In this document: positions 1 through 10,111 of the stretch, piece after piece
How positions within the stretch are numbered: the first letter of the stretch is position 1
Layout of the letters: every line of letters starts with the position of its first letter
Assembly: GCA_029838195.1 (NCBI GenBank)
Contig: JALGVJ010000004.1
Coordinates: forward strand, 173,476 to 237,475
DNA: 64,000 bases
Reading direction: 5' to 3'
DNA from: Promethearchaeota archaeon
GTDB taxonomy: Archaea; Asgardarchaeota; Lokiarchaeia; Sigyniarchaeales; SOKP01
Notes under the pieces: model-generated
What the model saw: only the letters and a program-made list of their open reading frames with translations
What the model was told of the DNA's origin: nothing
Database searches by the model: none
Made by a program: the position numbers and the translations under genes

Positions 1-6
1 GACGGA

Positions 7-1218
7 ATGAATAAAGAAATATTTCTGGAATTAACGCCTGCTTTATTTTTTCTCGTGAACCATGTTGAGAGAGAGGGAGATTTTGAAGAGCGCGTTGAAA
101 ATCTGAACATGTCATGGATATCTAACGAAAAATTATTCGATCTATTGGAATATCTATTAATTTCTGATAAATCACCTTCAATAAGAAGGGGCGCTGCGTT
201 ATGTTTGTTGCATTTATATCCGAAAAAATGTTCCAAGCCTATAATTTGGGCCATTCAACATGAAAGGTCAATAATCATCTTAAAAACCTTGCACGATTTT
301 ATTTTCTCTCACGATACATCAGAAATGAAGGTTTTACGTTTTTTTTTAAATAAAAGATTAGAACACCTATATAAAATAGTTCCAGAAGAAGCCGGTGTCT
401 TGTTGGAATTAGGCGCAATTAAAGTTAGGAAAAATATCGTACATGATTATAAAATTATTATTGAAAAAAAGCATGTCATCACGTTAGAGCTTCCCGGCTG
501 GCATTTAAAGAAGCTACCACGGTGCATTGGTAATCTTAAAAGATTAAAATTGCTGAATCTTTGGGATAATAATTTGACTCATTTACCTTCCACCTTTAGG
601 AAGCTTACAGCTCTTCAATCGTTATATTTAGATTGGAATCATTTTTCAAAACTTCCCTACGTTCTTTCCCACATGAAATCCTTGAAAAAGATTAGTCTCA
701 CGAATAACAACAGGCTAAAAAAACTTCCAGATTCCATGCTAAAACTTTCAAGAAAAGTCACCGCCCCTCATTATGAGTTTGAAAACGTCCATTCGGAAGA
801 TGCTACTATTTTAGGCTTGTTAGAAATCATTATAGGGCAGAAATTGAAACAATTACAAGAAAATGGGCCCCTTTCAAAAACGTGTGCTTGTCATTATAAA
901 ATAAATCAAGATGGACGAGTTATTGGAATTTACATCTATGGGTATTATTTTTTCCAAATTTCCTTTTTTCCGGAACAAATAAGTAAATTAAAATATTTAG
1001 AAGAGTTGAGTATTCGGGACCAGAATATCAATTCCATTCCAAATTCAATTGAGCAATTATTGCATTTAAAAAAATTAGATTTAATGAATAATCAATTTAA
1101 TGAGATTCCTGATGTTTTACTGAGATTAAAATCTTTGAAACTAGTTGATTTAAGTTATAATCAAATTAACCAAATTCCTCCTCGTTTCTTGAGAAAGAAA
1201 ATGGAAATTTGGGTATAA
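7..1218 (+). CDS. Leucine-rich repeat protein with N-terminal HEAT-like helices
   Basis: Repeated LxxLxLxxNxLxxLP units (LKLLNLWDNNLTHLP, LQSLYLDWNHFSKLP, LKKLDLMNNQFNEIP); N-terminal HEAT-like segment DKSPSIRRGAALCL. Confidence 0.85.
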   Translation: MNKEIFLELTPALFFLVNHVEREGDFEERVENLNMSWISNEKLFDLLEYLLISDKSPSIRRGAALCLLHLYPKKCSKPIIWAIQHERSIIILKTLHDFIFSHDTSEMKVLRFFLNKRLEHLYKIVPEEAGVLLELGAIKVRKNIVHDYKIIIEKKHVITLELPGWHLKKLPRCIGNLKRLKLLNLWDNNLTHLPSTFRKLTALQSLYLDWNHFSKLPYVLSHMKSLKKISLTNNNRLKKLPDSMLKLSRKVTAPHYEFENVHSEDATILGLLEIIIGQKLKQLQENGPLSKTCACHYKINQDGRVIGIYIYGYYFFQISFFPEQISKLKYLEELSIRDQNINSIPNSIEQLLHLKKLDLMNNQFNEIPDVLLRLKSLKLVDLSYNQINQIPPRFLRKKMEIWV

Positions 1219-1232
1219 AATTCTGATTAAGC

Positions 1233-2417
1233 CTATTTCATGTTCTTAAACTTACCCGTTCGCATTAATTCACAGGGCAAAAAGTATGATTTTCCTGATT
1301 CTTCTACAAAATCTTCTAATTTTTTGCACCATTTTTCATAATTTCTTTTTCCGGGGCCAAAAGGACCGGGAATATCGAACGCTGCTAAAATTGCTTCATC
1401 AATTTCCTTATAACTCTTAACTACGCCCTCTTCTAAAAGGCGGCATGCTTCATTTAATTGTAATGCCATGTATAAATCTACATCAAACAAGTTAGCTTTT
1501 TCCGAGGATTTCCTTTTTAACTTACCATCTTCCGTCCATTCACATATTCCCTTGCCCGTTTTACGCCCCAAATTGCCCTCTTTCACTAATTTTTGCAATA
1601 CTCTTCCCGGAGCAAAATCCGGTGAAAGTGTTTTTTCAAAATATTTTAAAGTATCCATTTGTATATCCAATCCTAAATAATCCCATTTTGCACAAGGTCC
1701 CATTTGGTGCATGTACGCAAAATCAGCATCAATATTTTCAAGTGGAATACCACGATCCATTGCTTTATCAAGAAGCCAACTAATATACACGCTGGTCGGT
1801 ATCATGACCCGATTTACAATGAATCCAGGGCTCTCTTTTTCAATTCTAACGCATTTTCTTTTACCTTTTAAGGAAGGAAATCTTTCACCCACGGCAATGG
1901 CAATTTCCATGGTTTCTTCAGATGTTTTTCCCTTGATTATTTCGATTAAGCGGAGTAATGGAACAGGGATAAAAAAATGCATGCCAACTACTTTATCGGG
2001 ACGATTGCATTTTTCTGCTATTTTAGTTATGCTCATGGTGGATGTATTCGTCGCTAATATGGAATGAGAAGGAGATAGATGCCCTAATTTTTCAAATAAT
2101 TCTTGTTTTAATTCTAGTTTTTCTGGAATGGCTTCTATGATGAAATCTGCTTCCGCCACGGCTTCTTTTAAATCCAAATTTAAATTCAATTTTTTCATCA
2201 AAAGAGCTGTTGTAAAATTAGAGGGCAATTTTCCCTTTTGTTCAATTTTCGAGAGCCCTTTATTAATATAATCCCGTGCATTATTCAATATCTCGGAAGA
2301 AATATCAATCATATTAACTTTTTCAAAACCCGCCATGAGTGCAACTTCCGTTATTTCTCTCCCCATGGTTCCAGCTCCAACCACGGCGATTTGTTTAACA
2401 TGAGATATATCAACCAT
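1233..2417 (-). CDS. 3-hydroxyacyl-CoA dehydrogenase (duplicated C-terminal domain)
   Basis: VVGAGTMG Rossmann motif, IIEAIPEKLELKQELF, LATNTSTMSIT, GMHFF, PGFIVNR, GRKTGKG; ATG at 2417 preferred over TTG at 2438. Confidence 0.92.
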   Translation of the reverse strand: MVDISHVKQIAVVGAGTMGREITEVALMAGFEKVNMIDISSEILNNARDYINKGLSKIEQKGKLPSNFTTALLMKKLNLNLDLKEAVAEADFIIEAIPEKLELKQELFEKLGHLSPSHSILATNTSTMSITKIAEKCNRPDKVVGMHFFIPVPLLRLIEIIKGKTSEETMEIAIAVGERFPSLKGKRKCVRIEKESPGFIVNRVMIPTSVYISWLLDKAMDRGIPLENIDADFAYMHQMGPCAKWDYLGLDIQMDTLKYFEKTLSPDFAPGRVLQKLVKEGNLGRKTGKGICEWTEDGKLKRKSSEKANLFDVDLYMALQLNEACRLLEEGVVKSYKEIDEAILAAFDIPGPFGPGKRNYEKWCKKLEDFVEESGKSYFLPCELMRTGKFKNMK

Positions 2418-2493
2418 TGTTCTTACACTTGATTGCAATTTTCTTTAAATTCATGTATAAAAAACGTAAATTAAATAAAAAATTTAATATTAC

Positions 2494-2710
2494 CATTAGA
2501 GTGCGGGAAAGTACGCACTCTTTAGGAGGAGGATGATTCGCCCGTGGATTTAAATACTCACAATCCAATAATGATTATTAAGAAGATAGCCCCCAGCTTC
2601 TCTAACCGTAGAAACGAGATGGTTAACGTTTGGAAAGAATGTAAAACTGACACTCGTCAGCAATTCTCGATGAGTTACGAATCTTACGCCTTTAGGTGAG
2701 AGTCGTTCAA
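2494..2710 (+). mobile_element. Non-autonomous IS200/IS605-family (IS608-like) miniature element
   Basis: TTAC at 2490-2493, AAAG at 2508-2511, GAAT at 2679-2682 followed by imperfect hairpin cttacgcc-ttta-ggtgagag, terminal TCAA at 2707-2710; both ends share ctttagg; no ORF inside. Confidence 0.7.
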
Positions 2711-2723
2711 TTCTTGACAGAGT

Positions 2724-3758
2724 TCATGTTAAAAACAATTGAAAGATATTCCAAGAGATTACCATGGTTAAAATTCCCAGAAAAATGGAGATAGGGAGTC
2801 CGGGTAAAATCTTGTTTCGTTTTAATCCTGTAATCGTGATCCCCGTCCCGATGATGATAGCAATAGCAGTTAAAATCATTACAATTATATTCTCCGTCTG
2901 TATCAAGGCTGCAGATGTTAGCATGCTGTAAAAAGTTAAATCTCCGATTCCAATCTCTAATTGCGAAGTATCATATTCCAATTCACCTTCTTGTATTTTT
3001 TCTTCGATTGCTTCCCTTGCCATCTCTCGATCAGAATATTCTTCCGAGATATAATCAATCATTCTTCGAATAGGTCCTCTTTTTGCCTTGACTGCATAAA
3101 TATCCCACAGGGAGATCCCTATTAATATGGCTAAAGTTGTCCAAAGAGGCATGATCACTCCAAGAAGTGCGCCGGTCATTAACCCTATATATAAAACTAA
3201 GAAATTTCTGAAATGATAGGATTCAGCCGTGAAATATTTGTATAATATGAACAGAGTGAAAAAAGATATACAAGCAAGAAGGATGTAGTATAAAATAACA
3301 TAAAGAAGAAGGTTGAATTCAGTATATTCTACATTGTAAAACCCTAAAAAAAGAAGAATTTCAACATAAAATAAGGTTAAAAAGAAACACAGGAATCCAA
3401 AACTAATCCCAAACACGTATTTTAACACGTTAATGCCCCTCTTTTTAATTAAAAAGATAATTGTAAAAGAAGACACGGCGGCAATTGCAGTAAAAATAAT
3501 GCCATTTAAAAGTCCAGCGGTTGGACCATATTCTTCTTCTGAAATATATCCTCCGTCAATTTGAATTCCGGCCTCTACATAAGTAATATAAGCTAAAATT
3601 CCCGCACAAATTACAACAATAATAATAGGAATTGGATATAATTCTCGCTTTACTCTATATGTAGGAAAATAATTTGGTATGTTGCTTTTCTTTATCTTTT
3701 CTTGAGATTGTTCTCTTATTGAAGGAGAAGAGTTAGAATTATCGGGGGTTTGAGACAT
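2724..3758 (-). CDS. Presenilin-like GxGD intramembrane aspartyl protease (A22)
   Basis: About 9 TM helices; ISLWDIYAV (first Asp), IGIGDLTFYS (GxGD), LPGLPISI (PAL-motif variant). Confidence 0.88.
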   Translation of the reverse strand: MSQTPDNSNSSPSIREQSQEKIKKSNIPNYFPTYRVKRELYPIPIIIVVICAGILAYITYVEAGIQIDGGYISEEEYGPTAGLLNGIIFTAIAAVSSFTIIFLIKKRGINVLKYVFGISFGFLCFFLTLFYVEILLFLGFYNVEYTEFNLLLYVILYYILLACISFFTLFILYKYFTAESYHFRNFLVLYIGLMTGALLGVIMPLWTTLAILIGISLWDIYAVKAKRGPIRRMIDYISEEYSDREMAREAIEEKIQEGELEYDTSQLEIGIGDLTFYSMLTSAALIQTENIIVMILTAIAIIIGTGITITGLKRNKILPGLPISIFLGILTMVISWNIFQLFLT

Positions 3759-3871
3759 TCGGAAAATGTGAGTTTTAATGATACTAATTATTCTTTCATT
3801 TAAAAAATTATCATGGATAAATTTTTGGGTAAAATATATATAATTGGAAAAAAAATTAAAGAATAAGACTT

Positions 3872-4798
3872 TTATTCCTCGGAAGCTTCTGATGTGGCCG
3901 TGAGAGGGGCATCAATCACTACTAAGCTGCTTTTTTTCCAAGTTTTCAATGAGATCATCCCAATTATTAGCAATAATATTGGATATATTATAACTTCTAA
4001 TAGGGAGGGATTCGCATTATATCCGAGCAATGTTTTCATCAAGGAACCTACAATCTCAAGCCAGGCGGGAGTAGTAGCGAGGTCATCTGGAAAATTTTCG
4101 GGTAAAACATGTTTAATATTATAGAGTTCTTCTACAATGGGGTTAATCAAATTTGCTTCAATTAATTCGTGAAGTCCATACGTGATTAACCCTGCTGCAA
4201 AGAAAATCAAAACGATATTAGTAATTTTAAAAAAATTTGCTAAGGATAGCGTTTTTACCCTATAAAAAATTAAAATTCCCAAGATAAGAGCCCCGCCAAT
4301 GCCAACTACTGATCCCAGAATGATGCTTTCAGGCTCTAAAGACTCCACCGCTGCGTTTCCTGTTAACATTAGAACTAATTCAATGCCTTCTCGAATGATA
4401 ATGGTGAAAGTCAAAAAGGATATTGAAATGTATTTTTCTTTTTTGATTGATAATTTTACCTTTTGTTCTAATGTTTTTTTTAACTTAGGACCTTCCTTAC
4501 TCATCCATAAGATCAATGTAATAATGAAGATTCCTGAAAGGATAAAGGTAATTCCCTCAAAAATTTTTTCTAAAATTCCAGAAAATCCTCCTAAAAAGGC
4601 CTTAAAAGCCAAAGCAAATCCAACACTTGAAATTATTGCTAAAATGCTTCCACCATATACATATTTATAATAATATTGTTGTTGCGTGTTTTTTAGATAT
4701 AATAACAGAATAACAACGACAAGAACGGCCTCTAAGCCTTCTCGAAAACTTAAAAAAATTGGAACCAAAATATCCACGATTGTTACTATTTTTTTCAC
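3872..4798 (-). CDS. FTR1-family high-affinity iron permease
   Basis: Two RExxE motifs (FREGLEA, IREGIEL), multi-TM, GLHELIEA, LLGYNANPS. Confidence 0.9.
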   Translation of the reverse strand: MKKIVTIVDILVPIFLSFREGLEAVLVVVILLLYLKNTQQQYYYKYVYGGSILAIISSVGFALAFKAFLGGFSGILEKIFEGITFILSGIFIITLILWMSKEGPKLKKTLEQKVKLSIKKEKYISISFLTFTIIIREGIELVLMLTGNAAVESLEPESIILGSVVGIGGALILGILIFYRVKTLSLANFFKITNIVLIFFAAGLITYGLHELIEANLINPIVEELYNIKHVLPENFPDDLATTPAWLEIVGSLMKTLLGYNANPSLLEVIIYPILLLIIGMISLKTWKKSSLVVIDAPLTATSEASEE

Positions 4799-4836
4799 CT
4801 ATATTTTTAATTATTTTCGTGTTAAAAAAATAATTT

Positions 4837-4850
4837 TTAGTCATGCCTAA
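4837..4850. promoter_or_regulatory. Putative DtxR/MntR-family metal-responsive operator
   Basis: Near-palindrome TTAGTCATGCCTAA (TTAGGCATGACTAA on minus strand) ~40 bp upstream of the FTR1 start; resembles TTAGG-N4-CCTAA boxes. Confidence 0.55.
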
Positions 4851-4985
4851 TTATGAAAAAAATATTAATTTAAAAAACTTAAGGTTTATTTTTTATTAAT
4901 CTCTTTTTATTCATGAAGTATTTTTTAAAACCCATCATTTAATATACATGAATTAAAGCAATCTCTAAATCGGTTTATCAAATTA

Positions 4986-5771
4986 ATGCCATCTAAATAT
5001 AAGTATATAGAGAAAAAAATAAGAAAATACCGTAAAAATTTTTCAAACATAAAATTTAAAGAGAAGCTAATGAATTATGTTTATAAAATAGGAATATACA
5101 GTTCAAAAGATTTTGAATTAAAGGAAGATCTTGTAAGAAGAAAAATAATATTTCCTTGTCGTCTTGGAATCTTATTTTGTGAAACCGGACTTGCAGAGTC
5201 GTTTTTTGAGGAACTTTCAAATAAATTGAATAATGTTTTTGACTCTTTCTTTTTTACCATTCAAAATTTAGGGCGTTATACCTTTTCAGATCACATGTTA
5301 AAAAAAGCAGTTAAGAATGCAAATAAAAAGGGAAAAGATTTCGCGGAAAAAAATTATAACCTACACTCGACTAATAAATTTTATACTATCCTGATTCAAG
5401 AACGGGTAAAACATGATTTGGATATGATTGCAGCAATTACTGATTTACCGCTTTTCTCTTCTCATGATGATACTATTTTATTTTTATTCGGGGAGGCTCA
5501 TTTAAAACATGCTTGTTGCATTATTTCTACTTTAAAATTAAAAGAAAGTTTTTATAATCGAAAAGAGAATCAGCGGTTGTTAGAACAAAGAATTATAAAA
5601 GAAGTTATCCATGAGATCGGGCATTTTTTTCTCGGACACGAACATTGCGTTGATCAATCGTGTGTCTTCTGCTTTTCAAATAACTTGGAAGATATTGATA
5701 ATAAAGCCATTCATTTTTGCAATTCTTGCCAGCAAAAATTTGAGGATTTGAAAACAAAATTTAATATATGA
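4986..5771 (+). CDS. Archaemetzincin-like zinc metalloprotease
   Basis: LFLFGEA, KEVIHEIGHFFLGHEHC, Cys cluster CVFCFSNN...FCNSC. Confidence 0.8.
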   Translation: MPSKYKYIEKKIRKYRKNFSNIKFKEKLMNYVYKIGIYSSKDFELKEDLVRRKIIFPCRLGILFCETGLAESFFEELSNKLNNVFDSFFFTIQNLGRYTFSDHMLKKAVKNANKKGKDFAEKNYNLHSTNKFYTILIQERVKHDLDMIAAITDLPLFSSHDDTILFLFGEAHLKHACCIISTLKLKESFYNRKENQRLLEQRIIKEVIHEIGHFFLGHEHCVDQSCVFCFSNNLEDIDNKAIHFCNSCQQKFEDLKTKFNI

Positions 5772-5790
5772 AGGTTGCAAAGAGATTTTT

Positions 5791-7038
5791 TTAAAAACTC
5801 ACATTTGGTAAATGGTGAATAAATTCTTTTACTAATTCAACCCGTTCTTTACGTTCTTTTCTATAATAACGCAAGGGATATAACTCATTAATTACAAATT
5901 TGTAAATTTTTATCCATGTTTTAGCTACTTCACTAATTTTGTATCGAGATGCTATTTTTTTTGCTTTTTTTCCGAACTCTTCACGCAATGATTCATCTTT
6001 TAATAATTTTAAAACATATTCTTCAAATTCATGTAAATTATTGGCAAGAAAACCAGTCTCTCCATGTCGAATTACATCACGGATTCCATACCCATTTGCA
6101 CCAACATTTGGCGTACCTTGTGCCATGGCTTCAATTAAAACCAATCCTTCGGCTTCTACCCAGCTCCATAAACAAGTTAAATCTGCAGCATTATAAAGTT
6201 TCAATAAATCTTCAAAGGGCACCATTCCTAAATAGGAAACGCAATTCTCCAAGCGCCATTTTCTAATAAATCTTTTTACTAATCCTGTAGAAGGCCCAGA
6301 GTTTCCAACTATAACAAAATGGGAATCCGGATCTTTCTTGTGAATGTTTTTAAATGTTTTTATCAAGCTTATGGGATGTTTTTCTGGAGACAATCGGGCC
6401 GCAGATAATAAGATTTTTTTATCTTGCAAGTTGTATTTTTCCCGTATTCCATTTTCCTTGACGTTTTGAAAATAATAATCATGTATGCCGTTGGTAAGAC
6501 ATATAATGGGTTCTTTGAATTTTTTCTCTCTTAATAATTTCTTTTTGGATTTTGTTGCCACGTGAACTAAATCATATTTATCGACGACATGTCGCTCATA
6601 GCGCCAAATAATATCACTATTTGCTAAAAGACTTCCTAAAAAGGGAACATATTGAGCTGTATAGAATGTCATAGGACTATTATGAGTACCGATCATCGGG
6701 ATTCCCAAATATTTTGCCCAGTTGATTGCCATGGAACCAATGGTCGCATGGGTGTGAATATGAGCTATATCCAGATAATCTTCTTTACAAAAAAAGATTT
6801 TATGGATGGGTACGCTCAATACAAAACCCGTATCTTTTGAAATCCTCGCTCCCCCTAAATCGTGGTAATAAAGATTTTTTGGCTTCTTATAGCCATTTTC
6901 AATTCTGGGGGCAAAAACATGAACATTATGGCCTGTTTTAGCAATAGCTTCACTCAAGAATCTAACGGCATGTGCGGTCCCGTTAATTTGAGAATACATG
7001 CAACTGAAAAATCCAATGTTAAGTGCTTGTTTAGCCAT
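5791..7038 (-). CDS. Glycosyltransferase family 4 (GT-B)
   Basis: SQINGTA N-terminus, HIHT, ARLSPEK, EAEGLVLIEAMAQG (E-x7-E). Confidence 0.9.
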   Translation of the reverse strand: MAKQALNIGFFSCMYSQINGTAHAVRFLSEAIAKTGHNVHVFAPRIENGYKKPKNLYYHDLGGARISKDTGFVLSVPIHKIFFCKEDYLDIAHIHTHATIGSMAINWAKYLGIPMIGTHNSPMTFYTAQYVPFLGSLLANSDIIWRYERHVVDKYDLVHVATKSKKKLLREKKFKEPIICLTNGIHDYYFQNVKENGIREKYNLQDKKILLSAARLSPEKHPISLIKTFKNIHKKDPDSHFVIVGNSGPSTGLVKRFIRKWRLENCVSYLGMVPFEDLLKLYNAADLTCLWSWVEAEGLVLIEAMAQGTPNVGANGYGIRDVIRHGETGFLANNLHEFEEYVLKLLKDESLREEFGKKAKKIASRYKISEVAKTWIKIYKFVINELYPLRYYRKERKERVELVKEFIHHLPNVSF

Positions 7039-7394
7039 TGCTTACCTCTTTTAAAATAATGAATTCCTATTTTAAGAGCTCTTTAATTAAGAATCAGGAG
7101 AGGAGTTCATTTAATTGAAAAATTATCTCTCCATATTTATATAAACAATCGTTTCATTAAAAAATAAAATGTTTTAATAAAAATTTTTCTTGGTTTTAAT
7201 AACGATTAATTAAATATTTTCATGAATTTTCAAATATTTATTCAAAATAGGAGACAAATGTTCTTAATAGAGAGTTCAGAAAGAGTTTTGTACTTTTTAA
7301 AAATTTATTTTTATTTTCAAACTTTCTCTAATTAGTACAAAAATTTTTTTTTTGATACATAATTAATGCATGTTAGAATTCTTTAATTAATGGA

Positions 7395-7580
7395 ATGATC
7401 ATGGACGAAGCAGAGAAAAGAAAAATCGAACAAGATATTATTAAGAAAAGAAGATTACCTTATTCATTAGATTTAATAGAAGTTAACGGAGATAAATACG
7501 TAGTGTTGAATAATTATGGCTCTACGATAACTTATATTAAAAAAGGCGATGAATACTTCTTGGAAGAGGAATTAAAATAA
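7395..7580 (+). CDS. Small hypothetical protein
   Basis: 61-aa ORF with coding-like composition in an AT-rich intergenic context. Confidence 0.55.
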   Translation: MIMDEAEKRKIEQDIIKKRRLPYSLDLIEVNGDKYVVLNNYGSTITYIKKGDEYFLEEELK

Positions 7581-7893
7581 CTCCTTTTTATTCTCATAAA
7601 TAAGATTGAGTTAATAATGGGAGATTTTTTTAAGAAAATAAAGAGATAATAAACTCATTTTTAATTAACTAAAATTTAATTTTAATCAAGTGAAACTAGT
7701 ATTTTAAAATCATGCGGATTAGATGCTACACTTGATTAATTTAATGATATTAACAAACTCGCCGAGAAATAAGAATTTCTCTCACTTAATAATTCATTAT
7801 AGATAAGAATTTAAGAAAAAATTATTTTTATTAAATTAAGAAATATTAATTTTCAATGACGTTATAAAGTGGGGAAAGATTCAAAGACGAAGG

Positions 7894-9060
7894 ATGGATT
7901 CTACTGATTCAGGAAGTAACTTGAGTGAAAAATTTCGAGCGTGCGTGAATGAGCATACATCTTTATCTATGTATAAAAAAAGAGAAAATTTTTACTGCAT
8001 TATTCGAAAAGATTTATCTAAACCTTATGAGGTAGATGTAGATGCGTCCGAAGCGCCTATTACAAATAAAATGACAAAGGTCGCAGAACCATACGAAATC
8101 AGTATTGCTGATTTAAAGATTTTAGAAGATGAAGTATTTCCCATTAATGAGGCAATTAAAAAAGTATTCGGCCCTGAAAATGAGTTGAAATTAAAAACGA
8201 TTACCTTAGCGATTGGGGGTAGCATTACCGATTATGTCACGGTTGATAAAGGCGATTTAATAAAATTTGATGTAACCCCTACTCTTACCGGCTTGATGGA
8301 ATTCGTGGAAGAAAACAATGAGAGCATAATAGGATTCCTAAATTCTGAATATATTAGTGAAGAGGGAAATGTAATTTATTTAAATTGTGGAAGAGAAAAA
8401 CTATCCAAAAACATTCTTTCGATTAAATTAAAAATTTTAGCTTCCATGCAACAACGAGGATTATTCTTGCAACAAGAACATAAATATTATGGACTTCAAT
8501 TATACGTCATTATTGCCTCTCGAGTACAAGATGATAATAAATTATTAGAATTCTTAAAAGAATTAGGAATTGATTGGGAGTTAATCTTTTTTAGAAGAAG
8601 ATTAGCCATTCATGATTGGATTCAAATCGAATGTGAGAAAGATAAAGAAAATCTAAAAGGATTCTTACGAGCTAAATATAAAACTTTAAACTATTTTGAT
8701 GTTAATAATATCACTCTAGTGGTCGTTAAAAACGAATTACCTTTTATTGTTGCAGATAAAATGGCTTCACTTCTCTCTAACATGAAATCTGAACGTATTA
8801 ATCAATCCAAGGGGGAATCCTTACAAGATTCGGCAAGGAGCTCAAGGCTTTCAACCAGAAGAACCTATTATACCCGAGATTTTTATCAACCGAGGGATCA
8901 CCAAGGAGAAGAATATTCTATAACTTTAAAAAAAGCAGAAATCGCTGCTGCTGCTAAACTAGCATGTGCTTACTTGGGAATTCAAAAACAAATGGAGTTT
9001 GATAGAGATATTCCCATAACTGAAATTTTAAAATATCAAGAAGAATTAACCAATATTTAA
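7894..9060 (+). CDS. Hypothetical soluble protein
   Basis: 388-aa ORF; no family recognised. Confidence 0.75.
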   Translation: MDSTDSGSNLSEKFRACVNEHTSLSMYKKRENFYCIIRKDLSKPYEVDVDASEAPITNKMTKVAEPYEISIADLKILEDEVFPINEAIKKVFGPENELKLKTITLAIGGSITDYVTVDKGDLIKFDVTPTLTGLMEFVEENNESIIGFLNSEYISEEGNVIYLNCGREKLSKNILSIKLKILASMQQRGLFLQQEHKYYGLQLYVIIASRVQDDNKLLEFLKELGIDWELIFFRRRLAIHDWIQIECEKDKENLKGFLRAKYKTLNYFDVNNITLVVVKNELPFIVADKMASLLSNMKSERINQSKGESLQDSARSSRLSTRRTYYTRDFYQPRDHQGEEYSITLKKAEIAAAAKLACAYLGIQKQMEFDRDIPITEILKYQEELTNI

Positions 9061-9103
9061 TTAGTGATAATTAAAATAAAAAATAAAAAAAAATAAGATT
9101 CGT

Positions 9104-10111
9104 TCACTCTAATCCGTAAGAAGTTTTTAATAACTCGTGATTTACTTTTCCTACCGTAATAGTTTTTCCGGTTCTTAGATTATTTATCGTGTATGTTGCT
9201 GGAGCAAAAAGCCCAGGATCGATTTTATAAAAATCATAGTCTGCTTCTTTAAATATGACATTAAATGGTTTTCCATAACTTGATGATTGATTTGCTGGAG
9301 CTTTCTTTAAAATCTCAATAATTTCTGGCTCTTTTTCTTTTTCAGCATCAATTACATAAAAAGTAGATCCGGCAGCGATAATAGAATCATTAGTCAATCC
9401 CATGGCCGTAAAATCATCTTTAGCAATGGGAGCGATGGTGGTAATTCCAAATCCTTCTTTAATTACATCTAATGGAAAATGTAGTTCATGCAATTTGTGA
9501 ATCCCCGTTTCTACAATTCGAGCAGCAACTTGAATTGAACCTGTCAAGCAAGCAGTGGGAGCACAGACGGCATACGTATTTTCTGCGGGTACCTTACAAT
9601 TATCCGTAATTATTTGCATTACTTCTTCATTCGGCATTTCTCTCGTCTCAAAAACAATAACCGCACAGTTAGAATTATCCGTGTAATCTAACTCTTCGAA
9701 AAGCTTTTCTTTCTTTGCTTTAGATCTCGCTGGACCTGAGCCTAATGACTGGAAAACGACTTTCTTCTTAATTTTTCCATCTTTTTCCACTTCTTTTTTT
9801 AGTTTTACGCTCCATCCGGCTAATTGCGAGGCTAAACAAGAGATGATGGGATGAGAGGTATGAACATTGACTGCTGGAAGAAAATGTCCATCCACCTTGT
9901 AAGATGTAAATTCTACTGTTCCAAGACCCCCCATGCAAATTTCGCCTACTAATTTTCCGCCAATCCATCCCGCATGAGTCATATCTACAATGGTTTGGCC
10001 GGAGGTTAATTTAATTACTTTTGCACCATAGAGAGTCTGATTTTTTATAATATCTTCTACAATTTTTAGGGCTAAATCATTAACATTAATTTGTTCCAAA
10101 AAATTCACCAT
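9104..10111 (-). CDS. mch: Methenyltetrahydromethanopterin cyclohydrolase
   Basis: EICMGGLG, CLASQLAGW, GSGPAR, GSIQVAARIVETGIHK, TNDSII, DFYKIDPGLFAPA. Confidence 0.95.
   Translation of the reverse strand: MVNFLEQINVNDLALKIVEDIIKNQTLYGAKVIKLTSGQTIVDMTHAGWIGGKLVGEICMGGLGTVEFTSYKVDGHFLPAVNVHTSHPIISCLASQLAGWSVKLKKEVEKDGKIKKKVVFQSLGSGPARSKAKKEKLFEELDYTDNSNCAVIVFETREMPNEEVMQIITDNCKVPAENTYAVCAPTACLTGSIQVAARIVETGIHKLHELHFPLDVIKEGFGITTIAPIAKDDFTAMGLTNDSIIAAGSTFYVIDAEKEKEPEIIEILKKAPANQSSSYGKPFNVIFKEADYDFYKIDPGLFAPATYTINNLRTGKTITVGKVNHELLKTSYGLE

Noticed and set aside
1468-2432. Short plus-strand ORFs opposite the 3-hydroxyacyl-CoA dehydrogenase (and the similar antisense or nested ORFs throughout the ORF track)
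   Set aside because: Shadow frames of well-supported genes, with no motifs.
8929-8990. AEIAAAAKLACAYLG in the 388-aa hypothetical protein resembles a cyclin/TFIIB helix
   Set aside because: A single short helix with no supporting fold context.
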